Positions 10,153-19,242 of a stretch of 64,000 bases of DNA are shown here, piece by piece (the first letter of the stretch is position 1; every line of letters begins with the position of its first letter). Under the pieces are notes generated by a model that saw only the letters and a program-made list of their open reading frames with translations, was not told where the DNA came from and searched no databases. This DNA comes from Synergistales bacterium (lineage in GTDB: Bacteria > Synergistota > Synergistia > Synergistales > JAFGMB01): positions 1,152,001 through 1,216,000 of the forward strand of contig OY762654.1 in the NCBI GenBank assembly GCA_963666205.1. Reading direction: 5' to 3'. Made by a program: the position numbers and the translations under genes.

Positions 10153-10404
10153 TCAATATTTAAGTAACAGGGCTATTCTGTTACCTGGATTTTTCCTGGC
10201 ATCCCTGATATATGCCTCCACAACACCTGAAGGCATATTATAAAGACGCGTTTTTGCAGATACCACCCTTTTCACTTCTTCCCAGAAATCCGTCCCTCCA
10301 TGGATTAAATTTCTTTCCTCTTCCATGGGGATCATACTGAAAAGGACCATGGTATCCGGATCCAGTTTACGATCTGATATCACCTCAATGCTCCACTGAG
10401 GCAT
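10153..10404 (-). CDS. Hypothetical protein (83 aa)
   Basis: ORF packed tightly between two co-oriented genes (2-bp gap upstream); no motif recognised. Confidence 0.6.
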   Translation of the reverse strand: MPQWSIEVISDRKLDPDTMVLFSMIPMEEERNLIHGGTDFWEEVKRVVSAKTRLYNMPSGVVEAYIRDARKNPGNRIALLLKY

Positions 10405-10406
10405 TT

Positions 10407-11648
10407 TCAGGTCCTCTCCGAATCAGGAACCTGCCCTGCCAGTTCGAGCATTGACTTGAGAAGAACATCTGCGCCCCGGTCAACATCTTTCCAGTCAGTT
10501 CTTTCCTCTGGACAGTGACTTCGCCCCCCGATCGAAGGAACAAAGATCATGGCTGTCGGGCACAGGCGATGCATAAACTGGGCATCATGTCCTGCACCGC
10601 TGGGAAGATTCATGTAACTGTACCCGCTTTTTCTGGCAACTCTCTCCACAAGATGGACCATAGAGAGGGGAAACCGTATGGGGAAGGCATCTACTCTCTT
10701 TTCCAGATGTAAATCAAGACCATGTTTTTCTGCTATTTTCGTCACCAGGTTCGCTACCCTTTCCTTACCACTTTCGAAGAGCTTTTTATCATACTGGCGA
10801 AAATCAATGGTGAACCAGGTTTCTGCAGGGATAACGTTAACTACATCAGGAAGGGGATGAAGCCTTCCAACGGTGGACCTGGTATCATTACCCAGTTCTT
10901 CGGCAAGCTTTCTCAGTTCACAGCACAATTCAGCAGCAGCAAGCAGGCTGTCCTTCCGATATTCAAGAGGTGTTGTTCCAGCGTGATTGGCCTCTCCTGT
11001 GTAGGCCCCATACCACCAGGCTATTCCCTGGATCCCCTGGACAATCCCTATATCCATACCCTCACGATGAAGGACAGGCCCCTGTTCTACATGAAGTTCA
11101 AGGTATGCAGAAGCTTCCAGCCTGTCATTACCCGAATAGCCCATATCTTCAAGAGCCATCCCTACTGTGACATGGTCATCATCCATGGAACCCAGTGCTC
11201 TTTCAAGGTCCAGCAATCCTGCAGCGAACATACTGCCCATCATGTCGGGTTGAAAGCGGGCGCCTTCCTCGTTGGTAAAAGCAGCTACAGCAAGGGGTTT
11301 TTCAGTACATATATTGTGGTCATTGAGGGTCCTTATAACCTCAAGGGCTGCCAGCACTCCCAGGGCTCCATCAAACATTCCGGCATTTTTGACGGTATCC
11401 AGATGGGACCCCGCCATGACCGGTTTAGCCTTCATGTCCCTTCCCTTTCTTATTCCCCAGATATTACCCACCGGGTCAATGCATACCCGCAGTCCTGACT
11501 CTTCAAGCCAACGAACAAAAAGGTTACGTCCCTCCCGGTCCTCCTGACTCAGAGTCAGACGGGTCCTGCCCGCACCGGGATCATTTAGTCCTATCTCCCC
11601 CATCTCTTCGAGGGATCTTTTCAATCTTTCTGAATTTATACTGATCAT
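10407..11648 (-). CDS. M20 Zn-dependent hydrolase (allantoate / N-carbamoyl-L-amino-acid amidohydrolase)
   Basis: GSHLDTV; FDGALGV; NEEGARF; ELHVEQG; ANHAGTTP; SGAGHDA. Confidence 0.92.
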   Translation of the reverse strand: MISINSERLKRSLEEMGEIGLNDPGAGRTRLTLSQEDREGRNLFVRWLEESGLRVCIDPVGNIWGIRKGRDMKAKPVMAGSHLDTVKNAGMFDGALGVLAALEVIRTLNDHNICTEKPLAVAAFTNEEGARFQPDMMGSMFAAGLLDLERALGSMDDDHVTVGMALEDMGYSGNDRLEASAYLELHVEQGPVLHREGMDIGIVQGIQGIAWWYGAYTGEANHAGTTPLEYRKDSLLAAAELCCELRKLAEELGNDTRSTVGRLHPLPDVVNVIPAETWFTIDFRQYDKKLFESGKERVANLVTKIAEKHGLDLHLEKRVDAFPIRFPLSMVHLVERVARKSGYSYMNLPSGAGHDAQFMHRLCPTAMIFVPSIGGRSHCPEERTDWKDVDRGADVLLKSMLELAGQVPDSERT

Positions 11649-11802
11649 CCTGATAACTGAACCTCCTCTGAAACGAACCTGATCATCGGGATATTTTACA
11701 CCAAAACAGTATTACACCCTAGGGTATACATCGTAATTATGTTAACATAGCGAGAAGATAATATCTATTTAACCTGATAATATTATGAAAGGAGAATAAG
11801 GC

Positions 11803-12396
11803 ATGAAATATCTTGTAATATACACACATCCAAATCCCAAAAGCTTCAATCACGCAATCCTGGAAACGGTAATTGAAGAGCTCGATCATGCTGGAGCAGA
11901 ATATGAAATAAGAGACCTTTGCGCTGAATCCTTTGATCCGTTACTTGTAAATTCCGACCTCGAAGCCCTTCAGACAGGTATAACTTCTGAAGATATCGCC
12001 CTTGAGCAGAAAATGATTTCCGAAGCGGATATGCTTATCCTCATTTTTCCTGTGTGGTGGTTCAACATGCCTGCAATTCTGAAGGGATATATGGACAGGG
12101 TTTTTTCTGAAGGTTTTGCATTCGAAATCACAGAAAAAGGGGTATCAGGCCTTCTTGGAGGCAGAAGGGCAGCCATTTTCAATACTACGGGAGGCACCAG
12201 GGACACCTATCAAAATTACGGCTACGGTGATGCCTTCCGAAAATGCGTCTGTGAAGGGATCTTCAGATTTTGCGGAATGGAAGTCATACTTCAGCATTTT
12301 CTATATGCCGTTCCAGCAGTTAGCACGGAAGAAAGAGAAAAAATGCTTGAAGAGGTAAGGGGCCTTATGAGAAAGACTGTGATAATTAACAGTTAA
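11803..12396 (+). CDS. NAD(P)H-dependent quinone oxidoreductase (Flavodoxin_2, KefF/MdaB-like)
   Basis: THPNPKSFN; FPVWWFNMPAILKGYMDRVF; NTTGG. Confidence 0.9.
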   Translation: MKYLVIYTHPNPKSFNHAILETVIEELDHAGAEYEIRDLCAESFDPLLVNSDLEALQTGITSEDIALEQKMISEADMLILIFPVWWFNMPAILKGYMDRVFSEGFAFEITEKGVSGLLGGRRAAIFNTTGGTRDTYQNYGYGDAFRKCVCEGIFRFCGMEVILQHFLYAVPAVSTEEREKMLEEVRGLMRKTVIINS

Positions 12397-13771
12397 AAGA
12401 CGGGATCCTTTTATCTAAACCATTTGTGGTGACAGCTTTATCGATAAACATAACTCCAGCTTTTTCCGGGTTTTTCTTTTTGGACTCCTTGTGGCGATAC
12501 ATTTCAAGGTCCGCTTCCATGATCAGCCTGTCTATGGATACTTCGGGAAAGGAAACCTGTTCTTTCAGAACAGAACCAATACTTATGTCGAGGATCCCGG
12601 CAAAGCTTGTTTCGCTGAACCAGTTATGAAACTCCATAGAGATCCTCTTCTCCAGAGATTGAAGACCTTGCCTGTCAATAGAAGTGAAAATGAGAAATTC
12701 GTCACCTCCTATCCTAGCTGTTATATCGCTCTTTCTGCATATCCTCAGGAGAAGAAGACCCATCTGCTGGATAACGTGGTCGCCAATACTATGGCCAAAC
12801 CGGTCGTTGATGGACTTGAAATTATCCATATCGATCATCAGACAGCCGATGGGACGGCCCTCCCTCGAAACCCTGGCCAGCATTCCTTCGGACAATTCCA
12901 TAAGACCTATTCTGTTATAAAGACCTGTAAGGGGATCCCTCATGCTTGCTGTTTTCAATTGTTTGAATATCCGTTCAAAGGGATTATCCAGACCGGATAT
13001 GATGATCCCTTCATATATCAGATAAAATGAAACCAGTTTAAATATATGACCCATAATATTCAGTAATCCGTGAGAATCACTGTAGAGGGTAAAAGAAAGC
13101 TCCGAGACAATGGTAAAAACAATTGAAAGAAGAAGGGCTTTCCTGACCGTTTCACTGGTTGTAAGATCTTTTTTCTGCCTGATAACAACAAAGGCGGCGA
13201 TCAGTATAAGAGAGATAAGGTATTCGTTCAGTATCTTGAAAAGGGTAAGGCCTTCGGAAGCTGTATAACATGTGGGGAATATATTCCATTTGAAAATCGA
13301 GGCAAGAACTGTAATTATTATGACACCAAAAATACAGGTTAATGTGAGTCTGCTGATCCTTTTTTTAGCAATAAAAGGCACGATCAGGAGAGATAGTCCT
13401 TCAATGTAACGGGCACTTATCCATAGCTGGGCCGCCATATCTGTCCCCGAAAGGTGTAGAACACCCATGCCTTCGTAGACAAGGGTATGGATAAGATCTA
13501 TAAAACCAATCGCACAATAAGCATGCCCCAGAAAGAAGAGTATATTATCCCTGGAATATCTGTAGGTTCTTACAGAAAGGATATAAATAAGCATGGCCAC
13601 CATTATTGACCAGCCCTCTACAATAATATGAGAGAAAAGGAAGTTGATCCTTGCAAGAAGAAAGATCCCTATCGAAGAAAACATAAGGGCTCCTGTAAAT
13701 TCAGGACTCATAAGAGATCGTTCATCCTCATGGCTTAAAGAGTTATGAATTTCCATTTTCCACTCCTGCAT
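12386..13771 (-). CDS. Membrane diguanylate cyclase, MASE3 + GGDEF
   Basis: Multi-TM N-terminus with MASE3 motifs (HIIVE, DLIHTLVYEGM, QLWISAR, GHIFKLVSF); DPLTGLYNR; DMDNFKSINDRFGH; ARIGGDEF; start moved to ATG 13771. Confidence 0.9.
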   Translation of the reverse strand: MQEWKMEIHNSLSHEDERSLMSPEFTGALMFSSIGIFLLARINFLFSHIIVEGWSIMVAMLIYILSVRTYRYSRDNILFFLGHAYCAIGFIDLIHTLVYEGMGVLHLSGTDMAAQLWISARYIEGLSLLIVPFIAKKRISRLTLTCIFGVIIITVLASIFKWNIFPTCYTASEGLTLFKILNEYLISLILIAAFVVIRQKKDLTTSETVRKALLLSIVFTIVSELSFTLYSDSHGLLNIMGHIFKLVSFYLIYEGIIISGLDNPFERIFKQLKTASMRDPLTGLYNRIGLMELSEGMLARVSREGRPIGCLMIDMDNFKSINDRFGHSIGDHVIQQMGLLLLRICRKSDITARIGGDEFLIFTSIDRQGLQSLEKRISMEFHNWFSETSFAGILDISIGSVLKEQVSFPEVSIDRLIMEADLEMYRHKESKKKNPEKAGVMFIDKAVTTNGLDKRIPSFNC

Positions 13772-13785
13772 AAATATCCCCCCAT

Positions 13786-13817
13786 AAAAAACGCCTTCAG
13801 CCAGTGGGCCAAAGGCG
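13786..13817 (-). terminator. Intrinsic terminator, probable riboswitch expression platform
   Basis: Minus strand CGCCUUUGGCC-CACU-GGCUGAAGGCG-UUUUUU, between the aptamer and the DGC RBS. Confidence 0.75.
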
Positions 13818-13839
13818 CATAAATTTCCTGTATATGCAC

Positions 13840-13925
13840 TTTTCGGCAACCCGGCTATCTATTCCTCTGGATTTAGACCCGTGGCTTTGCGTCGCCGCCT
13901 CTCGACGGTTTTGCCTTTTCGAAGT
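13840..13925 (-). ncRNA. Cyclic di-GMP-I (GEMM) riboswitch
   Basis: Minus strand UUCGAAAAGGCAAAACCGUC-GAGA-GGCGGCGACGCAAAGCCACGGGUCUAAA..GAUAGCCGGGUUGCCGAA matches the GEMM consensus (GGCAAA, GNRA loop, GACGCAAAGC, GGxCUAA, GGGUUxCC). Confidence 0.9.
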
Positions 13926-14057
13926 ATTCGAAACTAACGTTGACATAGAAAGGTTACTACATAAATTTCAAGATAGTTATTACTCCATGATCATATATCC
14001 CGGGACTTTCAGACCATGTTCAAGGGGACTTTCAGACTGAAATTAAGTATAGCTGAT

Positions 14058-14570
14058 CTACTCAGGACATTCCTGGAGGTAGTTATTTACTATTTCAACT
14101 ACCCGTGCGATAACTTCCTCCTTTTCATGCCTTCGAAGGACAATACATTCCCGTGCCGGTGCATTACAGAGGAGACACTTCCTCGGAGGAAGGCTGAGCT
14201 GCTCACGTGAAATACATGACCTGTCAATATCCATCACATCAAGATCCATTAAACGTCCTGCTGGATGGACCTCTTCAAAGGCCAATGTCAGTTTTTTTGC
14301 ATTGACTGCCTCTGAATCCACAACAAGAAATGCTTCAGGACCATCCGCATCAACTCGCGATTCAATTTTAAGGATAGGAAGTTCATTATCCTTAAAATAC
14401 TGGATCAGCTCAGATAACAGTTTTTCATGAGCCTTGAGAAAGATGCTGCTGGTTTTATCCGAACCGGGAAGATTCATGCAAAAAGTAACAAGGGGTTTCC
14501 CTGTCTTGTTGACCAGGTCTAACCGGTGTTCCCATCTGGCTTCCCTGGCTTCCAGAACCTTTTTTAACAT
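14058..14570 (-). CDS. citX: Apo-citrate lyase phosphoribosyl-dephospho-CoA transferase
   Basis: VLEAREAR; NLPGSDK; EEVHPAGRLMDLDV; RKCLLCNAPARECI. Confidence 0.9.
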   Translation of the reverse strand: MLKKVLEAREARWEHRLDLVNKTGKPLVTFCMNLPGSDKTSSIFLKAHEKLLSELIQYFKDNELPILKIESRVDADGPEAFLVVDSEAVNAKKLTLAFEEVHPAGRLMDLDVMDIDRSCISREQLSLPPRKCLLCNAPARECIVLRRHEKEEVIARVVEIVNNYLQECPE

Positions 14571-15814
14571 GCTCTCACAACTGACCTGTCATTAACAAGA
14601 GACATTTTTTCAGGACTGGACACACACTGATCAATCGCGTTTTTTACAATATCAGGAGAAATAGAGTGGACACACCATCTATCTCCCTTACACGCAAGTT
14701 TGCCTTTTACAACACAGGGCGAACATGGGATATTACAGAAAAGGCTCCAGACATTTGGACCTAAGGGGGCAAACTTGTCCAGCCTTTCAAAAGGAGCAAA
14801 AACAAGAGTCCTGACCCCCAGTGCTGCCGCAAGGTGACCTCCCCCGCTCATGCAGGAGAAACTGAGTACACACTTCTTCAGGCAGGCCATGGATAAAAAT
14901 ATGGAATCCTTTTCAGACAACTCAAATTGAGTCCAATCAATGAGAAAAGAACGGCCTCCAATTTTATCCCGCATTTTTTTCAATTCTTCGATTTCTGAAG
15001 TGGCTCCCATGAGAATAATGGAATATCCATTGTTAACAAGCACTTCACCCAGTTTAATGAAATGTTCCCTGGGCCAACTTCTACAATCGTTCATTTCAGC
15101 AGTAAAGGGGAAAAGGGCTATGGTCCTATCCATTTCATTCTTCTGAAAGAATGCATTGACTCTATCTTGTATGGCTATAGGAACGGACAGGATATGAAGT
15201 GGATAAACAAGGGGAATGCCAAGTCTTTTTAGAATAACTGCGATCTGAAAAGTTGCATGAACCTTATTTCTACCTGATTCATCGATCTTCCAGTCACTAA
15301 AAATGGAACCACTCGAATAACCTATGTTTTTTTCGGGTGAGAGGACCGTCTTAAGGGCCACCGAAGGAAGAAATTGCCTTTGAGTGTCTATGAGGAGATC
15401 TATCTTACCCATCTTTCTTTTCAATTTGCCCCATCTGATATATTCAGGTAAAGACCAGGGTCTGTGTTTCATTCTCTTGACGTCAAAAATGGAATCCACA
15501 AGCTTATCCCCGGTTATCAGTGCTCTTGCAGGTGGGACAGGATTTCCCATAAGTTCTATATGGGAGGAAGGGAAAGCTTTTCTAAGGGAATTGAGGAATG
15601 GATTAAGCATCACATAATCACCCAATTTAAGATTGCCAACATACAAGACCACATTTGTTACCTCTTTGAGGTTTTCAATAGCAGGATCCATATTCCACTT
15701 TTGATAAATATCTTCCGGATAATCATTGAAAGAATGGTGCCTGTTAAGCTGCACCTGACCTTCGATGTTAAGATACGAAGGTACAGGCCATTGATCTATG
15801 GTTTCAAAGGACAT
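14564..15814 (-). CDS. Glycosyltransferase family 9 (heptosyltransferase-like)
   Basis: KLGDYVM..P; RSWPREHF; SGGGHLAAALG; C-terminal CSPC..C..C..ISP. Confidence 0.82.
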   Translation of the reverse strand: MSFETIDQWPVPSYLNIEGQVQLNRHHSFNDYPEDIYQKWNMDPAIENLKEVTNVVLYVGNLKLGDYVMLNPFLNSLRKAFPSSHIELMGNPVPPARALITGDKLVDSIFDVKRMKHRPWSLPEYIRWGKLKRKMGKIDLLIDTQRQFLPSVALKTVLSPEKNIGYSSGSIFSDWKIDESGRNKVHATFQIAVILKRLGIPLVYPLHILSVPIAIQDRVNAFFQKNEMDRTIALFPFTAEMNDCRSWPREHFIKLGEVLVNNGYSIILMGATSEIEELKKMRDKIGGRSFLIDWTQFELSEKDSIFLSMACLKKCVLSFSCMSGGGHLAAALGVRTLVFAPFERLDKFAPLGPNVWSLFCNIPCSPCVVKGKLACKGDRWCVHSISPDIVKNAIDQCVSSPEKMSLVNDRSVVRAC

Positions 15815-15949
15815 AAGTAAATCCTCCTAATCATGGAAATACAGTTTTATTCTATACTTAATAAAGATAATAATATCCCCAATCAGCAAAAAAGGAAGCC
15901 CTCTCCATGGAAAATCCATCAACCAAAGGGAAAGAAGTGAAAAGAAAAA

Positions 15950-16216
15950 CTATTCAAGGGACCGGGAAATAGCCGTTTCGAGTCTTGCCCGCAGTGTACA
16001 TTCAAGGGCTCCCCTGTCCTGGACATTTACGAGTCCTGAATCTATTCCGCTGCTTTTCAGCAATTCTTCCGCAATTCTGCGAATCCTCCGGCCAAACTGT
16101 TTTTCCACAATACTACTGAACACTATATGGAATCCCCCACTCCGAACCGGTCCAGGAGTGACCAGAACGTAACTTGACTCGAGAGAACCAGCTGAAGCAC
16201 TTTTGATTATTTCCAA
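15950..16216 (-). CDS. citD: Citrate lyase acyl carrier protein (gamma subunit)
   Basis: AGSLESS; VEKQFG; DRGALECTLRARLETA. Confidence 0.9.
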   Translation of the reverse strand: MEIIKSASAGSLESSYVLVTPGPVRSGGFHIVFSSIVEKQFGRRIRRIAEELLKSSGIDSGLVNVQDRGALECTLRARLETAISRSLE

Positions 16217-16239
16217 AACTACCGCCTCCGTGAGGAATA

Positions 16240-17286
16240 TTAATGTCTGGATGTACTGGTACGTATTTTATCTATTATTCCCGAGGCATCCCGGGAAACA
16301 AGATATTCATATGTGGTGGGTGGAACAAGTTCTCCAAGTCCTTCCATATTTCCATCCCTTATATACTGTCTTACAGTAGATGCACTGATGGCTACGTCTC
16401 CCAGAGCTTTCCTGGGGATCACCACAAGTTCCATGCCAAATTGAGGAAGGATCTTTTTCATATGTTCGTTATAGGTAGAAGTTACCGGACAATAGGGTTC
16501 CTCCCCGACATACCTTTTCACTGCCTTGAGAGAAGGAGCTATATGTCTGCCGAAGATAGTAAGGTCAAGGGTAGCATGAGAAGATGTAAATCTGTCATCC
16601 CTCGTAAAGTAGGAGGGAAAGGTAAGGTTGGATATAACATAATCGCCCCCTGTGAGGACTGAAACGTTATCCAGATCCCGGACACCTTTCTTTACCAGGT
16701 CCAGTCTTACATTGAACGGGAAAAGAGACCTGTCTTCCTGGACCAGTATCACGTAAAGCCAGGGACTCTCAACGGCAGCTTTCTCAATGAGATAACGATG
16801 CCCCTTCGTGAAGGGATTACAGTTCACTACCACACAGGAAGCATTCTCGGGCTTATCTCTGGAAATTCCCCGAAGGGTCTCTTTGAATTCCTCAATACCA
16901 TGCCGGCCCCATTCAAGGAGCGAAGCATAACCCTCGACAGAAGCTACAAGATGGAAACCCAGACCTTCAAAGAGCCTGGCCTCACTGGACTTGGTAAAGA
17001 TGAAGAGTTTTTCCTTTCCCAGTGAAATCGCCTTCTTCATAAGGGAAGTAATGATCTTTGCAGACAGCCCTTCGCCATGCAACGAAGGATCAATACCGAC
17101 TCCCTGGATAATATTACCCACCAGGGAGCCGGTTCCGATCAGATTATCTTCGCTGTCATAGAGACCCGTTGTATATTCAATATTCTCCGGGACACCCAGT
17201 GCAAGAGAAGAAAGAAGTTTTTCCACATCTCTGAATTCAAAGGCGTTATCCCGCTTGATCTCCCTTTCAGTTAACACGACAGACAA
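16240..17286 (-). CDS. citC: [Citrate (pro-3S)-lyase] ligase
   Basis: N-terminal GNAT; VVNCNPFTKGHRYL; YVISNLTFPSYF; RYVGEEP; ISASTVR. Confidence 0.93.
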   Translation of the reverse strand: MSVVLTEREIKRDNAFEFRDVEKLLSSLALGVPENIEYTTGLYDSEDNLIGTGSLVGNIIQGVGIDPSLHGEGLSAKIITSLMKKAISLGKEKLFIFTKSSEARLFEGLGFHLVASVEGYASLLEWGRHGIEEFKETLRGISRDKPENASCVVVNCNPFTKGHRYLIEKAAVESPWLYVILVQEDRSLFPFNVRLDLVKKGVRDLDNVSVLTGGDYVISNLTFPSYFTRDDRFTSSHATLDLTIFGRHIAPSLKAVKRYVGEEPYCPVTSTYNEHMKKILPQFGMELVVIPRKALGDVAISASTVRQYIRDGNMEGLGELVPPTTYEYLVSRDASGIIDKIRTSTSRH

Positions 17287-17310
17287 CTCCTTTTAAAAAT
17301 TATCTAAAGT

Positions 17311-18612
17311 CTACCTCACCATCATTCTAGGTAAGAATAATACAATATCCGGGAAAAATGTTAAAAGAGCCGTGACTGCGAGGAGCATAACAAAAAAAGG
17401 AAGGGCCGCGACTGCTATCTTCCCGATATCGTCATCTATAAGTCCATTGATAACAAAAAGGTTAAAACCTACCGGAGGAGTTATCTGGGCGAGCTGGATC
17501 ATTATTACAAGGTAGATGCCGAACCAGATGGGATCAAAACCTGCCTGGTTTATAAGGGGAAGAGCTATGGGAAGGCTCATTACTATCATTGAAAATCCAT
17601 CCAGAAGACAACCCATGACGAGATACATTATGGAAAGAATGAGGATAAGAGTATACCTTGATAGTCCCAGACCGCTTACAAAAGCGGTAAGGCTGGTGGC
17701 TATTCCCAGGTAGCCCACCGCAACGGATAGAAAGGCTGCTCCGCATACTATCCACATTATCATGCAGCTGGTCTTTACAGATCCCATAAGGGCATCCTTA
17801 AAGATCTGCCAGGTAAGACTTTTCGTAAGGAGGGCAAAGAACAGAGCCCCTGCCACCCCAACTGCTGCCGCTTCCGTAGGAGTGGCCCATCCGGCATAAA
17901 TGCTTCCAAGGACTATGGTTACAAGTATTATTACCGGGGCAAGAAGGGGTATGGACCTCAGCCGATCCCCCCAGGTATAGGAAAGATCCCCCGCAGGTGC
18001 CAGTTCGGGGTCCTTTACACATCTGTACATAACATAACCGCTGAAAGTAAGGGCTATTATGATACCCGGGATAAAACCGGCTACAAAAAGCTTCCCGATA
18101 CTTACATCGGCCATGATTCCGTATACAAGCATCATCATACTGGGGGGTATGAGGAAGCCAAGAGTACCTGCCCCGGCCAGGGATCCCACACAAAGGGTCC
18201 TGTCATATCCCCGTTTCCTGAATTCCGGCAGAGTTATTTTACCGACAGTAGCCGTTGTTGCGGCAGAGGAACCGCTGACAGCCGCAAAAAGGGTACTGGC
18301 AAAAACATTCACGTGGATAAGCCTGCCGGGGATCCTGTCCATCCATGGCGATAACCCGTTGAACAGGTTTTCGGATATCTTGCTGCGAAACAGGATCTCC
18401 CCCATGAACACGAAAAGAGGAAGGGCCATCATGGTAGAACCGCTGGTGTTATTCCATACGATATTTGACATTATGGTAAGAGCAGGAAGGTCAGTAAAGA
18501 TTATCAATCCAAGAAGTCCCACCATGAAAAGAGATATACCTATCCAGACCGTACCACCCAGGAAAAGGAAAAGGAAGGCCAGTAAAGCAGCTGACTTAAC
18601 GAAAAGATCCAT
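17311..18612 (-). CDS. dctM: TRAP transporter large permease
   Basis: ALPLFVFMG; GTLGFLIPPS; ATPTEAA; ITPPVGFNLF. Confidence 0.92.
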   Translation of the reverse strand: MDLFVKSAALLAFLFLFLGGTVWIGISLFMVGLLGLIIFTDLPALTIMSNIVWNNTSGSTMMALPLFVFMGEILFRSKISENLFNGLSPWMDRIPGRLIHVNVFASTLFAAVSGSSAATTATVGKITLPEFRKRGYDRTLCVGSLAGAGTLGFLIPPSMMMLVYGIMADVSIGKLFVAGFIPGIIIALTFSGYVMYRCVKDPELAPAGDLSYTWGDRLRSIPLLAPVIILVTIVLGSIYAGWATPTEAAAVGVAGALFFALLTKSLTWQIFKDALMGSVKTSCMIMWIVCGAAFLSVAVGYLGIATSLTAFVSGLGLSRYTLILILSIMYLVMGCLLDGFSMIVMSLPIALPLINQAGFDPIWFGIYLVIMIQLAQITPPVGFNLFVINGLIDDDIGKIAVAALPFFVMLLAVTALLTFFPDIVLFLPRMMVR

Positions 18613-18623
18613 CCCTATCCCCC

Positions 18624-19157
18624 CTAGTGCCCCAGATCCCTGGACTCTTCAGTTATATCCTGCCAGGAACCTGATCTGAACCGTATAAAGTCCTTGAAAA
18701 ATTCCGCCAGGAACTGGAGTGCAAGCATAAATGCTCCCATAGGCATAAAACTCTGTGGTATGGCCAGCCAGGTTTCAGAGATCTGCATGGACCTGGTACC
18801 GCTAACTACGGAATCCCAGAAAAAAAGAAAGGTAACCCAGGTAAGAACGGTACAGAAAATAAAACCGGCCATGTAGCATATCATGTCCAGGACTAACCTG
18901 GATCTTCCATGCAGTATGTTATGAAGGAAGGTCATCCTTATATGACCCTTCTCCCGCAATGTGTAACCAAGGGCAAGAAAGGTAAGGGCGGACATAAGGT
19001 AACCGGAATATTCCTCTGTGATATAGAGTGTCCCGTTGAAAAGGGACCGGACAAGGATCTCCGCTATGACAAGAAGAGTACCTGCGGCTATCATGATACC
19101 CGAGAGGGCTCCTCCCATACCGGAAAGAATGTCACTGAATCTGGTGATCTTTTCCAT
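18624..19157 (-). CDS. dctQ: TRAP transporter small permease
   Basis: Four TMs; EEYSGYL; GHIRM; lies between dctP and dctM. Confidence 0.9.
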   Translation of the reverse strand: MEKITRFSDILSGMGGALSGIMIAAGTLLVIAEILVRSLFNGTLYITEEYSGYLMSALTFLALGYTLREKGHIRMTFLHNILHGRSRLVLDMICYMAGFIFCTVLTWVTFLFFWDSVVSGTRSMQISETWLAIPQSFMPMGAFMLALQFLAEFFKDFIRFRSGSWQDITEESRDLGH

Positions 19158-19242
19158 GTAATTTTCATCCTTCCAGAATAAAAAAGAGAACGATCAAAGG
19201 AGGGAAGGACCCTGAAGAGTCCTTCCCTCTGCTGAAAAAGTA

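Noticed and set aside
10722-11498. Long antisense ORFs (this 258-aa one, also 37724-38506, 38832-39707, 52218-52883, 18059-18679)
   Set aside because: They lie wholly opposite well-supported genes and have no motifs; shadow ORFs
11716-11750. Short palindromes ACCCTAGGGT and TATGTTAACATA in a divergent promoter region
   Set aside because: Too short, with no cognate regulator nearby, to assign a function
13840-13925. 3'3'-cGAMP (GEMM-Ib) riboswitch variant
   Set aside because: The discriminating position before GCAAA is G, as in c-di-GMP binders, not A
19199-19230. Hairpins after the SBP genes (here and at ~53973-54001)
   Set aside because: Ordinary intercistronic stabiliser/attenuator hairpins, common after solute-binding-protein genes
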